Shown: positions 36,734 to 47,653, numbered from the stretch's first letter. The stretch: 50,883 nucleotides of DNA from Candidatus Nomurabacteria bacterium (GCA_026395915.1 JAPLXU010000017.1:3023-53905), one strand, 5' to 3'. Translations and numbers: made by a program. The notes: generated from the sequence alone by a model not told the origin.

Positions 36734-38113
36734 ATGCCTAAATCAAATGGCCGTTCAATAAAAAAGACAAGAAAAATATACTTGGATTACGCATCAAGCG
36801 CTCTTTCTCAAACTGCAAACCCGGGAGCGATACATGAATTGGGAGTGAAGGAAAAAAATAAACTTGAAAGCGCAAGGGCAACTGTAGCAAAAATTTTGAA
36901 TGCGCAGAATGCAGAAATTATTTTTACATCAGGCGCGACGGAGAGTAACAATCTGGCAATTTTGGGGTTGGTGTATGCGGGACAAGAGCAAGGTTTTCTC
37001 AGGTCCTCGGTTCTCCGGGTCCCTTCCCCGGCCAGACCTTTCAAAAATCTTGCTCTTGTCCCGCATATCGTGACGACAAACATTGAACATGCGTCTGTGT
37101 TGGAAACCTGCAAGCATTTAGAAAAAATGAAACAAGCGGAAGTAACTTATGTGCCAGTGGAAGAAAACGGAATTGTCGATGTGAAGAAAATAAAAAAAGC
37201 TCTGAAACTAAACACAGTTCTAGTTTCTGTCATGTATGCAAACAACGAAATCGGCACGATACAACCTATACGAGAGATTGCGAAGGAAATTCGACATTGG
37301 AGAAAAACACACCTCACCCGCTTTCAGCACCCTCTCCTTGGTAAGGAGAGGGTCGGGGTGAGGTTCCCTTTTTTCCACACCGACGCCACGCAAGCGGTGA
37401 ATTATTTGCCGATAAGTGTTCCACAACTTGGTGTTGATCTGATGTCTATGAACAGCGCAAAAATTTATGGACCGAAAGGTATTGGAGCTTTGTATGTGAA
37501 AAAGAATACGCCGATAGGAAAAATTATGTTCGGCGGAGATCAAGAGTTCGGTTTGCGACCAGGAACAGAAAACGTGGCTCTGGCTGTCGAATTTGCTAAG
37601 ACACTTCAAACTGTTGAAAAAATAAAAGAACAAGAAGTGAAAAGATTAGCCAAACTCCGGGATTATTTTTTTGAAAAAATTTTAGAAAATACTAAAAACT
37701 TTGCTATCGCGGAAAGTTTAGTAAATTTTGAAATAATTTTGAATGGTGACCAGAAAAATAGATTGCCAAACAATGTAAACATCACTATTCCAAACATTCC
37801 GAGCGATCTTTTGGTAATAGAGTTATCAGCGAAGGGGATAATGGCCTCGGCAAAAAGTGCTTGCAAATCCGGAGATGGTAAGGCTTCGCATGTCATCGAA
37901 GCGATTCGGCATGGAGCAAAACCTGCCCGCAATGCTTCAGGCATAGCTGATGCCCGCCCGCATGACTCGCAACAGCGTGTCGGGCAAGCAGGCGGGGAGG
38001 AAGACGGGTCTTTGAGATTTTCTTTGGGTAGAGAAACAACTAAATCAGACATTGATTACACCGTAAAAGCTTTGTCAGAAATTTTGGCTAAATTAAAAAA
38101 GTGGTATGATTAA
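36734..38113 (+). CDS. iscS: Cysteine desulfurase (IscS/NifS-like) carrying three palindromic insertions
   Basis: IYLDYAS, IIFTSGATESNN, IEHASV, NNEIGTIQP, HTDATQA, KIYGPKG, SAC, LRFSLG. Confidence 0.9.
   Translation: MPKSNGRSIKKTRKIYLDYASSALSQTANPGAIHELGVKEKNKLESARATVAKILNAQNAEIIFTSGATESNNLAILGLVYAGQEQGFLRSSVLRVPSPARPFKNLALVPHIVTTNIEHASVLETCKHLEKMKQAEVTYVPVEENGIVDVKKIKKALKLNTVLVSVMYANNEIGTIQPIREIAKEIRHWRKTHLTRFQHPLLGKERVGVRFPFFHTDATQAVNYLPISVPQLGVDLMSMNSAKIYGPKGIGALYVKKNTPIGKIMFGGDQEFGLRPGTENVALAVEFAKTLQTVEKIKEQEVKRLAKLRDYFFEKILENTKNFAIAESLVNFEIILNGDQKNRLPNNVNITIPNIPSDLLVIELSAKGIMASAKSACKSGDGKASHVIEAIRHGAKPARNASGIADARPHDSQQRVGQAGGEEDGSLRFSLGRETTKSDIDYTVKALSEILAKLKKWYD
36974..37067. repeat. 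Long hairpin insertion in iscS (19-bp perfect outer arms)
   Basis: tatgcgggacaagagcaag / cttgctcttgtcccgcata. Confidence 0.85.
37311..37364. repeat. Family B element in frame in iscS, 54 bp
   Basis: acctcaccc..accctctcctt-ggt-aaggagagggt-c-ggggtgaggt. Confidence 0.85.
37922..37996 (+). repeat. Family A1 element with nested 36-bp insert, in frame in iscS (75 bp)
   Basis: First 32 nt and last 7 nt identical to the secA copy; extra sequence at 37954-37989. Confidence 0.88.
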
Positions 38114-38151
38114 AAATTTTGACTTAATCAAAAAAGTGATATAATCAAAGT

Positions 38152-38979
38152 ATGGACATCAAAGATCTAAATAAATCACAGCTTATATTGTTGGCGGTAT
38201 TGCTTTCTTTTATTACATCTATTGCTACAGGCATAACAACAGTGACCTTGATGCAACAAGCGCCGACGTCTTTTACTGCGCCTATCAATCGAGTTGTCCA
38301 ACAAACGATTGAAAAAATCCAGCAAGTGGAAGGCAAGACGATCACGCAGACCGTGGTTGTAAAGGAAGAAGATTTGGTGGTGGACGCTATCGCCAAAAAT
38401 CAATCAGCAGTATTTGCCATAACCAAAGAAACGCAGGATGCAGACGGGAAAACAATCGAGGTTTCTGCCGGACGAGGATTCGTTATTTCCACTGATGGCA
38501 TAGTGGTTGCTGATGCGAATTTGGTTCCGGATAAAGGAATTTATTATGTAAAAAATGACAGTGGAAAGTTCAAGGCGGATTTTGTTCTGACGGACAAGGG
38601 AGGATTTTCATTTTTTAAAATAGGAGATGCTGTTGACGGCAAAAGCAAGGTAGCTTTCACTGTGCCTGCCTTTGGTGATTTGAATAAGATGAAAACAGGA
38701 CAGAAAATTATAGTTTTAGGAAATTCTATCATCTCTTCTATTTTTGAAGGTGATAAAAATGTTAATATTTCTGTTACAAAATCAAATGCAGGCGGTTTGG
38801 TTCTTAATCTAGACGGGGAAGCTTTGGGAATTGCGCTTTATAGCGATACAACGAATTTTGTTTCAATTGACGACATAAAAAGTGCCTTGAAACTTTATTT
38901 AAACCCCGCGACGAACTTGCCAGGAGCTCCAGTTCTTGCGCCGACTTCCGTCACGCCATCTTCGCCTGCTACGCCGTAA
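38152..38979 (+). CDS. Membrane-anchored trypsin/HtrA-like protein with degenerate catalytic residues
   Basis: SAGRGFVISTDGIVVADANLV, NAGGLVLNLDGEALGI. Confidence 0.78.
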   Translation: MDIKDLNKSQLILLAVLLSFITSIATGITTVTLMQQAPTSFTAPINRVVQQTIEKIQQVEGKTITQTVVVKEEDLVVDAIAKNQSAVFAITKETQDADGKTIEVSAGRGFVISTDGIVVADANLVPDKGIYYVKNDSGKFKADFVLTDKGGFSFFKIGDAVDGKSKVAFTVPAFGDLNKMKTGQKIIVLGNSIISSIFEGDKNVNISVTKSNAGGLVLNLDGEALGIALYSDTTNFVSIDDIKSALKLYLNPATNLPGAPVLAPTSVTPSSPATP

Positions 38980-39036
38980 AAACTTTGATTTTCTCAGCTT
39001 CACAAACTTTTCACTTTATAACTTTAAAACTTATTT

Positions 39037-41760
39037 ATGCCACCACTGAATAAATTCACAACCAAATCAAAGGATGCGATTAAAAAGGCTCACGAGCTTG
39101 CTATTGAACGTGGAATCAATCACGTTTCAGCTTTACACTTACTTGCGGCGCTCCTATTGCAAGACGAGAGCATGGTCAATTCTATTTTGGATAAGTTGGA
39201 AATCGACACGATGCTCCTAACTGATTCTGTTTTGGAAATGATTGAACTTCCGGAGAGTCGTAGCACTATTTCTCCTTCTTACCAGATTTATCTCAATCCT
39301 GACTTGGCGCAAGTTATTGAGTTGTCTGCTAAATTGGCTGAATCAATGAAAGATGATTTTGTTTCAACGGAACATCTTTTTATCGCGATCTTGGAAGTCA
39401 CGAGCGAGGCGCGAGAAGTTTTGGCGCGATTTCGAATTCACAAAGATTCTGTCATGAAAGTTTTGGAAGAATTACGAAGTCAAAATATCACTGACGTGAC
39501 AGAGCCAAAGAAATTCAAACTGCTTTTGAAATACACGCGCAATCTGACCAAGCTGGCGAAAGAAGATAAACTTGATCCGGTAATTGGTAGGGATAATGAG
39601 ATAACACGCATCATGCAGATACTTTCTCGTCGAACAAAAAATAATCCGATTTTAATCGGCGAAGCCGGCACAGGAAAGACCGCGGTCGTGGAAGGCTTGG
39701 CGCAGATGATTGTGAAAAATAACGTTCCTGAATCTCTAAAAGACAAAGAACTTGTCTCCCTCGACCTTGGGCTTTTGGTGGCTGGCACGAAATATCGCGG
39801 AGAATTCGAAGAGAGATTGAAAGGCATCATGAAAGAAATCGAGCGATCGGATGGAAAAGTTATTCTCTTTATCGATGAGATTCACACGATAGTCGGGGCT
39901 GGAGGCGCAGAAGGCACTATGGATGCTTCAAATATGTTGAAGCCAGCGTTGTCGAGAGGAGAGTTGCGAGCTATCGGCGCGACGACTTTGCGTGAATATC
40001 AAAAACATATTGAAAAAGATCCTGCCTTGGCTAGACGTTTTCAACCTGTCTATATCGATGAGCCGAGTGTGGAAGACGCTATTGCTATTCTCCGTGGTTT
40101 GAAAGAAAAATACGAGCTTTTTCATGGCATTCGAATCACTGATGACGCTATCATTTCCGCTGTTAATCTTTCTGCTCGATACATTGCCAACAGATTTTTG
40201 CCGGACAAAGCAGTGGACTTGATAGATGAAGCTTCTTCTTCACTTAAGATAATGCTAGAGAACAAACCGCCTGTTTTGGAAGACGCTCATCGGAAAATAA
40301 TGCGTTTGGAAATCGAAAAAGAAGCTCTTAAAAAAGAAACTGGAAGTTTGAATCTAAACGAAGAAAAAGACAAAGAAGAAAAAGAAAAGACGAAGGAAAA
40401 AAATGTTGAAATAAAAAATAGACTTAAAGAAGTGGATAATGAGATAGGCAATCTACGCGAAAAGACCAAAGAGCTCGAGTTGAAGTGGCAGAATGAAAAA
40501 ACGATTGTGGTTGAGATCCGCGCTATTAAAAAAGATCTCGAAAGTTTGCGTTTGGAAGCAGAGAATGCCGAAATGAAGGCGGATCTTTCTCTTGCGGCGG
40601 AAATACGTTATGGAAAAATGCCTACCCTGAAAAAAGAACTTGAGGTAAAACTTTTACGTTTGAAAAAATTGCAAAAATCCCGTCGAATATTGAAAGAAGA
40701 AATCACAGCTGAAGATATCGCCGAGGTTGTGGCTCGCTGGACGGGCATACCGCTTACAAAGATGCTCGAGGAAGAACGAGCAAAATTGGAAATGATGGAA
40801 GTCGAACTAAAAAAGCGAGTCGTCGGTCAAGACGATGCCATCAAAAGAGTTGCGGATGTTATAAGACGTTCTCGGGCAGGAATAGGAGATCCGAACAGGC
40901 CTATTGGTTCTTTCATATTTTTGGGTCCATCTGGGGTCGGCAAGACAGAGCTTACGAAAGCGCTCGGGCAGTTTATGTTTAACGACGATAAGGCCATTAT
41001 TCGCGTGGACATGTCTGAATATATGGAAAAACATTCTGTCTCGAAACTTATCGGCTCTCCGCCGGGATATGTCGGTTATGATGAAGCCGGCCAGCTGACT
41101 GAATCCGTTCGTCACAGGCCTTACGCAGTGATACTTTTTGACGAGATTGAGAAAGCCCATCCGGAAGTTTTCAATATGCTTCTCTCGGTTATTGACGAAG
41201 GGAGATTGACTGACGGAAAAGGCAGAGTGGTGAATTTTAAAAACACAATCATCATTCTCACCAGCAACATCGGTTCGCAATTTGTGGAAAAGATGGAATC
41301 AATCGGATTTTCCAATAATTCTAAAAGAGAAGATTACAGCAATATGAAAGAAAAAGTTTTAGGAGCGTTGAAAGACAATTTCCGCCCAGAGTTTTTGAAT
41401 CGCCTTGATGAGATCGTCGTCTTTGATGTTTTATCTGAAGATGCAATCAGAGAGATAGTGAATTTGCGAATCAAAGTTGTCGTGGATCGCTTGATGGCAA
41501 AAGGTATCAGTTTTGAAATTTCTAACGAAGCCTTGTCATATCTTGCGAAAGAAGGTTACGATCCGCATTTTGGCGCGCGTCCACTAAATCGTTTGATTCA
41601 AAATAAAATACTGAATCCTGTTGCGTCATACATAATTGGAAATGGGGTGAAAAGAGGGGACACAGTTGTTGTTTCTGTAAAAGGCGCGGAACTTCTAATT
41701 GAAACCAAAAAAGGAAAAATAAAAAGCTCGATTCGAGTTCAAGCCAAATCCGAGGTATAA
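39037..41760 (+). CDS. clpB: ATP-dependent chaperone ClpB
   Basis: Clp_N repeats, [14 protein letters not shown], long coiled-coil M domain, [13 protein letters not shown]. Confidence 0.96.
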   Translation: MPPLNKFTTKSKDAIKKAHELAIERGINHVSALHLLAALLLQDESMVNSILDKLEIDTMLLTDSVLEMIELPESRSTISPSYQIYLNPDLAQVIELSAKLAESMKDDFVSTEHLFIAILEVTSEAREVLARFRIHKDSVMKVLEELRSQNITDVTEPKKFKLLLKYTRNLTKLAKEDKLDPVIGRDNEITRIMQILSRRTKNNPILIGEAGTGKTAVVEGLAQMIVKNNVPESLKDKELVSLDLGLLVAGTKYRGEFEERLKGIMKEIERSDGKVILFIDEIHTIVGAGGAEGTMDASNMLKPALSRGELRAIGATTLREYQKHIEKDPALARRFQPVYIDEPSVEDAIAILRGLKEKYELFHGIRITDDAIISAVNLSARYIANRFLPDKAVDLIDEASSSLKIMLENKPPVLEDAHRKIMRLEIEKEALKKETGSLNLNEEKDKEEKEKTKEKNVEIKNRLKEVDNEIGNLREKTKELELKWQNEKTIVVEIRAIKKDLESLRLEAENAEMKADLSLAAEIRYGKMPTLKKELEVKLLRLKKLQKSRRILKEEITAEDIAEVVARWTGIPLTKMLEEERAKLEMMEVELKKRVVGQDDAIKRVADVIRRSRAGIGDPNRPIGSFIFLGPSGVGKTELTKALGQFMFNDDKAIIRVDMSEYMEKHSVSKLIGSPPGYVGYDEAGQLTESVRHRPYAVILFDEIEKAHPEVFNMLLSVIDEGRLTDGKGRVVNFKNTIIILTSNIGSQFVEKMESIGFSNNSKREDYSNMKEKVLGALKDNFRPEFLNRLDEIVVFDVLSEDAIREIVNLRIKVVVDRLMAKGISFEISNEALSYLAKEGYDPHFGARPLNRLIQNKILNPVASYIIGNGVKRGDTVVVSVKGAELLIETKKGKIKSSIRVQAKSEV

Positions 41761-41772
41761 TATTTTTTATTG

Positions 41773-41855
41773 TGCGTCGGGTAGGATTCGAACCTACGCA
41801 GCCCGAAGGCGATTGATTTACAGTCAATTGCGATTGACCACTCCGCCACCGACGC
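41773..41855 (-). tRNA. tRNA-Tyr(GTA)
   Basis: Anticodon arm attga-ctGTAaa-tcaat, long variable arm. Confidence 0.95.
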
Positions 41856-41962
41856 ATACGCACAAAATAGCATAAAAAAAACTTTTTCGCATCTTTTTGT
41901 TTCAAGAGTAATCTGTGTCACTTCATAAAAATTTCATTTCAAGACATTATGATAAAACCGTC

Positions 41963-42490
41963 ATGAAAAGATTCGTTTTATCAATGTCTGTAATAGTTTC
42001 TTTTGGGTTTTATGTCATTTGGCAGAAACCGGGCAGTTTGGCTGGCAGTCTCACAACACCAGCGCCAGTTGCTGTTGCTAGCACCCCAAAAAAAGTTTCT
42101 AAGCCAAAACAGGTCGCAACTGTTCCTCCTGTTCCTGCTCCTGCCACAAACAATCCGTCGCCTCAGCCACCACCTGTTATTCCTCCTGCACCAAAAAAAA
42201 CAGGAATATATAACGATGGTGAATATGTTGGATCTGTCGCAGATGCGTATTATGGAAATGTGCAAGTGAAGGCGATAATCACAAATGGCAAACTTTCTGA
42301 TGTTTTATTTTTAGACTATCCGCAAGATAGAAATAACTCCATTCGTATCAATTCGCGAGCGTTGCCGATTTTGAGACAAGAAGCTATCACAGCGCAAAGC
42401 GCGAATGTCGATGGCGTTTCCGGAGCTTCTACTACCAGCCCAGCTTTTTCGGAATCCTTGGCATACGCCTTAAATCAAGCGAGAGCATAA
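41963..42490 (+). CDS. Membrane-anchored FMN-binding (flavinylated) protein
   Basis: TM, Pro-rich linker, YNDGEYVGS..YGNVQV, VDGVSGASTTS flavinylation motif. Confidence 0.9.
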   Translation: MKRFVLSMSVIVSFGFYVIWQKPGSLAGSLTTPAPVAVASTPKKVSKPKQVATVPPVPAPATNNPSPQPPPVIPPAPKKTGIYNDGEYVGSVADAYYGNVQVKAIITNGKLSDVLFLDYPQDRNNSIRINSRALPILRQEAITAQSANVDGVSGASTTSPAFSESLAYALNQARA

Positions 42491-42494
42491 AAAT

Positions 42495-43232
42495 ATGAAG
42501 GAACAAAGAATCATAATGGGAATGCCGGTCGTCATAGAAATTGTTGATTCGAGCGCTTCAACAGAAATATTTGAAGAAATTTTTAGTTATTTAATTTCCG
42601 TGGATGAAAGATTTAGCACGTATAAAAAAGACAGTGAAATAACTTTATATAATGAAGGAAAAATCGCTGAAGAAAATTTAAGCGACGAGATGAAGAAAGT
42701 TTTCAGGCTTTCAGAAGAAACAAAAAAAATCACAGGTAACTATTTTGATATTTCATATCAAGGAAAAATTGACCCTTCCGGTCTCGTGAAAGGCTGGGCG
42801 ATCTATAACTCGGCACTTATCTTGCGAAAGAAAGGATTCAAAAATTTTTATGTGGAAATCGCTGGAGATATTGAGGTTGCTGGGTTGAACAAAGAAGGAA
42901 AAAAATGGGCTATCGGAATTCGCAATCCGTTTAATAAAAAAGAAAATGTGAAAGTGGTTTATTTGAGCGACCGTGGCATAGCTACTTCAGGTTTGTACGA
43001 AAGAGGGGAACATATTTACAATCCAAAAGAAAAAAAATCTGTCACGGAGATTGCCAGCTTGACGGTGATTGGGAAAAATATTTATGAAGCGGACAGATTC
43101 GCGACTGCTTGTTTCGCTATGGGCAAGAAGGGGATATATTTTTTAGAAAAGATGCCGGGTTTGGAAGGATATATGATCGATAATGACAAGATAGCGACAT
43201 TTACAACCGGGTTTGAAGAATATGCAATATAA
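42495..43232 (+). CDS. apbE: FAD:protein FMN transferase ApbE
   Basis: IMGM, FSTYKKDSEI, DPSGLVKGW, IATSG.YERG.HI, ADRFATA. Confidence 0.93.
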   Translation: MKEQRIIMGMPVVIEIVDSSASTEIFEEIFSYLISVDERFSTYKKDSEITLYNEGKIAEENLSDEMKKVFRLSEETKKITGNYFDISYQGKIDPSGLVKGWAIYNSALILRKKGFKNFYVEIAGDIEVAGLNKEGKKWAIGIRNPFNKKENVKVVYLSDRGIATSGLYERGEHIYNPKEKKSVTEIASLTVIGKNIYEADRFATACFAMGKKGIYFLEKMPGLEGYMIDNDKIATFTTGFEEYAI

Positions 43233-43237
43233 ATTAA

Positions 43238-44758
43238 ATGATTAAATTTATCGATAATTTTTTAAATAGGACGACGATGTATAGGGTGGTGTTGTACTAC
43301 TTGATGGCTCTTTGGCTGATAGCTTTGATATTCAGTTTCTTTCATTTTTTGCCTTACTCATCAATTGCAATGATAATCTCGCTTATTATTCTTCTTGCCG
43401 TTTCTTACGCGACGAATTATATTTTTTCTTTCATTTTTAAAGTTCCCGCCAATGTCGAATCTATTTATATTTCAGTTTTTATTTTGGCTTTGATTATTAC
43501 TCCTGCCGTCATTTCTTCTGAATATATTTTTCTAGGCTGGGCGGGGATCTTGGCGATGGCTTCAAAATATATTTTTGCGATTAAGCATAAACACATTTTT
43601 AACCCAGTTGCATTTTCTGTGGCTGTGACAGCTTTTTTCATCAATCAAACGGCGAGTTGGTGGGTGGGGACATTTGCGCTTACGCCATTTGTCCTTTTGG
43701 GTGGGCTTATGATTATTCGAAAAATCAAAAGAAAGGATTTAGCTTTAAGTTTTTTTATAACCGCTCTTTTTACCATTCTCGCTTTTACTTTTTTTGCTGG
43801 CGGAAACATGCTTAACACTTTAAGCGAGGCGTTATTTTTCTCACCGCTTTTATTTTTCACTTTTATCATGATTACAGAACCGCTCACTACTCCGCCTTCA
43901 AAAGTTTTACGAATTTTTTACGGAGTATTGGTCGGATTTTTGTTTGCGCCACAAGTTCACTTCGGAACATTTTATCTGACGCCGGAGCTCGCCTTGCTGT
44001 TCGGAAACGTTTTTTCATATTTAGTTAGTCCGAAAAAAAGATTGACCCTGAAACTAAAACAAGCTGTTCAAATTGCTTCTGATGCGGCTGAATTTATTTT
44101 TTCTTCTGATTCTCCGCTTAATTTCAAGCCGGGGCAATATTTGGAGTGGACTTTGGGACATGAAAAATCGGATAGTCGTGGCAATCGACGCTATTTTACT
44201 ATCGCTTCTTCTCCGACTGAAAAAGATTTGCGTCTCGGCGTGAAGTTTTATCCAGAAGGAAGCAGTTTCAAAAAGGCATTATTAGATATGAAAGAAGGTG
44301 ACACAGTTATAGCTTCACAACTTGCCGGAGATTTTGTCTTGCCAAGAAACAGAGAAAAAAAATTAGTTTTTATTGCCGGCGGTATCGGCATTACTCCTTT
44401 TCGAAGCATGATTAAATATTTGATCGATATGAAACAAAGAAGGGACGTTGTTTTGATTTATGCCAACAAAAGAAAAATTGATGTCGCGTACAAAGACCTC
44501 TTGAATTCTGCGTCTAGGATTTTGGGTATGAAAATTATTCACGTGATTACTGATCAAAAAAATATGAGCATGCAGCCGGCTCTGCGGACAGGGCGTGTCG
44601 ACGAGAGAGTGATTCTGGAGGAAATAAAAGATTGGAAAGAAAGAACTTTTTATATTTCTGGTCCTCCGTCGATGGTAGAAAATACAGAAAAAGTGATTAA
44701 AAATTTAGGCTTGGGTAGAAGCCAAATCAAAACCGACTTTTTCCCCGGATTTGCGTAA
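43238..44758 (+). CDS. RnfD/NqrB-like membrane domain fused to FNR-type FAD/NAD-binding oxidoreductase
   Basis: KHIFNP, MITEPLTTP; FKPGQY, RRYFTIASSP, FIAGGIGITPF, YISGPP. Confidence 0.9.
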   Translation: MIKFIDNFLNRTTMYRVVLYYLMALWLIALIFSFFHFLPYSSIAMIISLIILLAVSYATNYIFSFIFKVPANVESIYISVFILALIITPAVISSEYIFLGWAGILAMASKYIFAIKHKHIFNPVAFSVAVTAFFINQTASWWVGTFALTPFVLLGGLMIIRKIKRKDLALSFFITALFTILAFTFFAGGNMLNTLSEALFFSPLLFFTFIMITEPLTTPPSKVLRIFYGVLVGFLFAPQVHFGTFYLTPELALLFGNVFSYLVSPKKRLTLKLKQAVQIASDAAEFIFSSDSPLNFKPGQYLEWTLGHEKSDSRGNRRYFTIASSPTEKDLRLGVKFYPEGSSFKKALLDMKEGDTVIASQLAGDFVLPRNREKKLVFIAGGIGITPFRSMIKYLIDMKQRRDVVLIYANKRKIDVAYKDLLNSASRILGMKIIHVITDQKNMSMQPALRTGRVDERVILEEIKDWKERTFYISGPPSMVENTEKVIKNLGLGRSQIKTDFFPGFA

Positions 44759-44858
44759 TGCGTTAGGTCTTGCCTTGCGCAAGAAAATTTTTGACAAAAA
44801 AATATTAAGATGTAATCTAAATAAAGAATAGTAAAAACAAACAAAACTTAATAAGATC

Positions 44859-45320
44859 ATGGAAAGAATCATCGTTTCTGAAAATGGATGCGGGGTGGTG
44901 GCTGTGCTAGAAGCACCTAAAACAAGGCTTCTTCAGCTAGTTATCACCGCAAAGGTTGGCGGCACAAAAAAAGTGCTTGTCAAAAATGGGACCCCATTTC
45001 CAATCTCGATCGAGTGTGTTCCCACTCATGAAGTGGATATGTGGGTTGAAGATGTGGCCAATGCTGTGGACAGAGAGTTGAGTCACGATGTAGGTTTTAA
45101 CATTATGTTTATCTGCGAGAGTACTCCTTTACTCAGAAACTATCGCAGGAGGACGACGGAGGTCTTTGTCTACACAGCAGACTTTCCGTCGGAAAATATC
45201 GGAACTATCGCTCCTGGAGCATATTCGTTTAACTGGGTTGACGCTGAACAGGTCTCCAATTTGCTCTTTGCTGAAAAAGAGGACAGGGCAACTCTTCTTC
45301 TTGCGCTATCGCCCGACTGA
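44859..45320 (+). CDS. Hypothetical protein
   Basis: 153-aa ORF with upstream TTGACA and a downstream hairpin/U tract. Confidence 0.65.
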   Translation: MERIIVSENGCGVVAVLEAPKTRLLQLVITAKVGGTKKVLVKNGTPFPISIECVPTHEVDMWVEDVANAVDRELSHDVGFNIMFICESTPLLRNYRRRTTEVFVYTADFPSENIGTIAPGAYSFNWVDAEQVSNLLFAEKEDRATLLLALSPD

Positions 45321-45489
45321 ATCCGCTCGACGGGGGGAAGAACTCGTCGCAGCGGGTTTTTCTTTTATATTTTATTTTTAACGGATTATTTCCACCATTT
45401 GAGCCATTGTCTGCTAGTGCCTGCAAGGCAAGACCTGGCAATTTTAAGCTTCATGAAGATTTCACTTTTTGGTGGTATTATAGAAATAT

Positions 45490-46164
45490 ATGAAAATATT
45501 AGTTGTTGAAGATAACAAGAAGTTGGCGGAGAATTTGAAACAGGGACTTATGCAGGAAGGCTATGCTGTGGACGTAATAGAAGACGGACTTATCGCGGAG
45601 CGTCGTATTTTGTTCAATCGCGATGAATACGATCTTGTGATTTTAGACAGGATGCTTCCGGGGAAAGATGGGGTTTTGATTTGCGACAGTTGGCGAGAAA
45701 ATGGCGTTGTGGTTCCTATCTTAATGTTGACAGCGCTAGGCACGACAGATGACAAGGTGGTGGGGCTTGATTCCGGAGCGGATGATTATTTGGCGAAGCC
45801 ATTTGCTTTCAAAGAACTACTCGCTCGCATTCACGCTTTGCTCAGGCGCCCGAAACAAACTTTTCCTGATATACTTACTTCTGGCAACATCAGCATCAAC
45901 ACCACGAGCAGGACAGTGACTTTCAAAAGCAAACCCGTTTCACTCACGCTCAAGGAATTCATGGTGTTAGAATACATGATGCGCCATCCGAACAAAGTAG
46001 TGACTCGGGATGAACTTTATTCTCACGCATGGGACTTTGCGGATTCGTCATTTAGCAACACTGTCGATGTGCATATAAAAAATCTGAGAAAGAAAATTCA
46101 TGATAATGCAAAAATTATACAAACAATTCGCGGAGTCGGTTACAAAATGGAAAATAAGTCATAA
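45490..46164 (+). CDS. OmpR-family response regulator
   Basis: KILVVED, DRMLPG, GADDYLAKPF, VDVHIKNLRKK, TIRGVGY. Confidence 0.96.
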   Translation: MKILVVEDNKKLAENLKQGLMQEGYAVDVIEDGLIAERRILFNRDEYDLVILDRMLPGKDGVLICDSWRENGVVVPILMLTALGTTDDKVVGLDSGADDYLAKPFAFKELLARIHALLRRPKQTFPDILTSGNISINTTSRTVTFKSKPVSLTLKEFMVLEYMMRHPNKVVTRDELYSHAWDFADSSFSNTVDVHIKNLRKKIHDNAKIIQTIRGVGYKMENKS

Positions 46165-47131
46165 GGCTGACGAGTTTTTCATAGCGCGTCTCAGACTTAC
46201 TTTTTTTTATTTTATCACAGCGGTTGTGATTTTGGGTGGCGCCAGTTTCGCTCTTTACAATACAATTCTTTCTAATTTTTCTCAATCAATTTCAGAAAAT
46301 ATTTTTTTGGATCCGAATGTTTCGCAAGCGATTATAGACAGAGCTCAAGACATACTTCTTAATCGTTTTTTGACGATAGATGCTGTAATAGTTTTTTTTA
46401 TTGTCGTCTTGGGTTTCTTTCTAACAAATAAGACGCTGAAGCCGATCAAACTAAATATGCAGAAACAGAAAAGATTTATTGCAGACGCTTCACACGAACT
46501 TCGCACTCCAATTGCTGTGGTCATTTCAGGTTTGGAAGTGAATCTCAGCAACAAAAAATTGGATCTTACTTCAGCCAAGAAAACACTTGAAGACACCTTG
46601 GAAGAAATGAAGGAATTTTCAAAACTTGCCAACAGCTTGCTTGATATTTCAAAGTATGACACGCCGATACAAATAGCTCGAGAGCCCATCGTTATCAATG
46701 AATTGATAAAATCCATCGTGGAGAAAGAAAAGAGTCTGGCTCAAGTCAAACAAATAAAAATTGAGGCAAAGATAGAATCATCGGCGGTAGTAAATGTAAA
46801 TAAAATAGAATTAACTCGGGTGTTTTTCAATATTTTAGACAATGCAATCAAATATACTCCTCAGAATGGGATTGTCACAGTGTCAGACAAAATCGATTCA
46901 AATAAATACACGCTCTCCGTTAGTGACAATGGTCCCGGTATTCCAAAAGATATTTTGAGTAAAATTTTTGAGCCGTTTTTTAGAGGCGACTTGTCTCGAA
47001 GCACGGAAGGCGCTGGGCTTGGGCTTACGCTTTCAAAAAAAATCATTGAAAATCATGATGGAACTATATTCATAAAAAGCCAAGTGGGTAAAGGCACGAA
47101 TGTGATTATTTGTTTGCCTATCTCTTCATAA
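46100..47131 (+). CDS. Sensor histidine kinase (start may be 46106)
   Basis: 2 TM, H-box ASHELRTP, NILDNAIKY, DNGPGI, GAGLGL. Confidence 0.95.
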   Translation: MIMQKLYKQFAESVTKWKISHKADEFFIARLRLTFFYFITAVVILGGASFALYNTILSNFSQSISENIFLDPNVSQAIIDRAQDILLNRFLTIDAVIVFFIVVLGFFLTNKTLKPIKLNMQKQKRFIADASHELRTPIAVVISGLEVNLSNKKLDLTSAKKTLEDTLEEMKEFSKLANSLLDISKYDTPIQIAREPIVINELIKSIVEKEKSLAQVKQIKIEAKIESSAVVNVNKIELTRVFFNILDNAIKYTPQNGIVTVSDKIDSNKYTLSVSDNGPGIPKDILSKIFEPFFRGDLSRSTEGAGLGLTLSKKIIENHDGTIFIKSQVGKGTNVIICLPISS

Positions 47132-47239
47132 TGAATTCATTCAATAAAGATACTCTTTAAATATACATATGGTCATATGTATAAGCATTATAAATAATTA
47201 ATTTCCAAGTTTATTAATTTAATTAAAATAAAAAATCAT

Positions 47240-47653
47240 ATGAAATATAAAAAACAAATAGCCACAGGTGCGTTAGCAATATCATTATTAGTCGGAGGCT
47301 CGAATGTTTTTGCCTCGACTCCTCAAGATTTGGGAATAAAAAATATTCAATCGATTTATCAGAAACAAAATAAAGATAACAAGAATCAAAAAGCTAAAAG
47401 TAATTTAAAAAACAATGTAGTTGGGACAGTTGGGGCTATAAATGGTTCAGGTTTTACAGTCGAGGTTAAAAATAAGAAGACAAAAATCACGTCGTCAACG
47501 GATATTAGCACGAATGCTTTAACCAAATATAGCAAGAATGGGGTAAAGGTAACATTGTCTGATTTGGCAGGGGGGCAGAAGGTGATTGTCGTCGGAACTC
47601 TCGATAAAACAACAAATATTTTGACGGCGAAGACAGTGAAAATAGTCAAATAA
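47240..47653 (+). CDS. Secreted protein, DUF5666-like OB-fold
   Basis: Signal peptide; VGTVGAINGSGFTV..LSDLAGGQKVIVVG..LTAKTV. Confidence 0.7.
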   Translation: MKYKKQIATGALAISLLVGGSNVFASTPQDLGIKNIQSIYQKQNKDNKNQKAKSNLKNNVVGTVGAINGSGFTVEVKNKKTKITSSTDISTNALTKYSKNGVKVTLSDLAGGQKVIVVGTLDKTTNILTAKTVKIVK

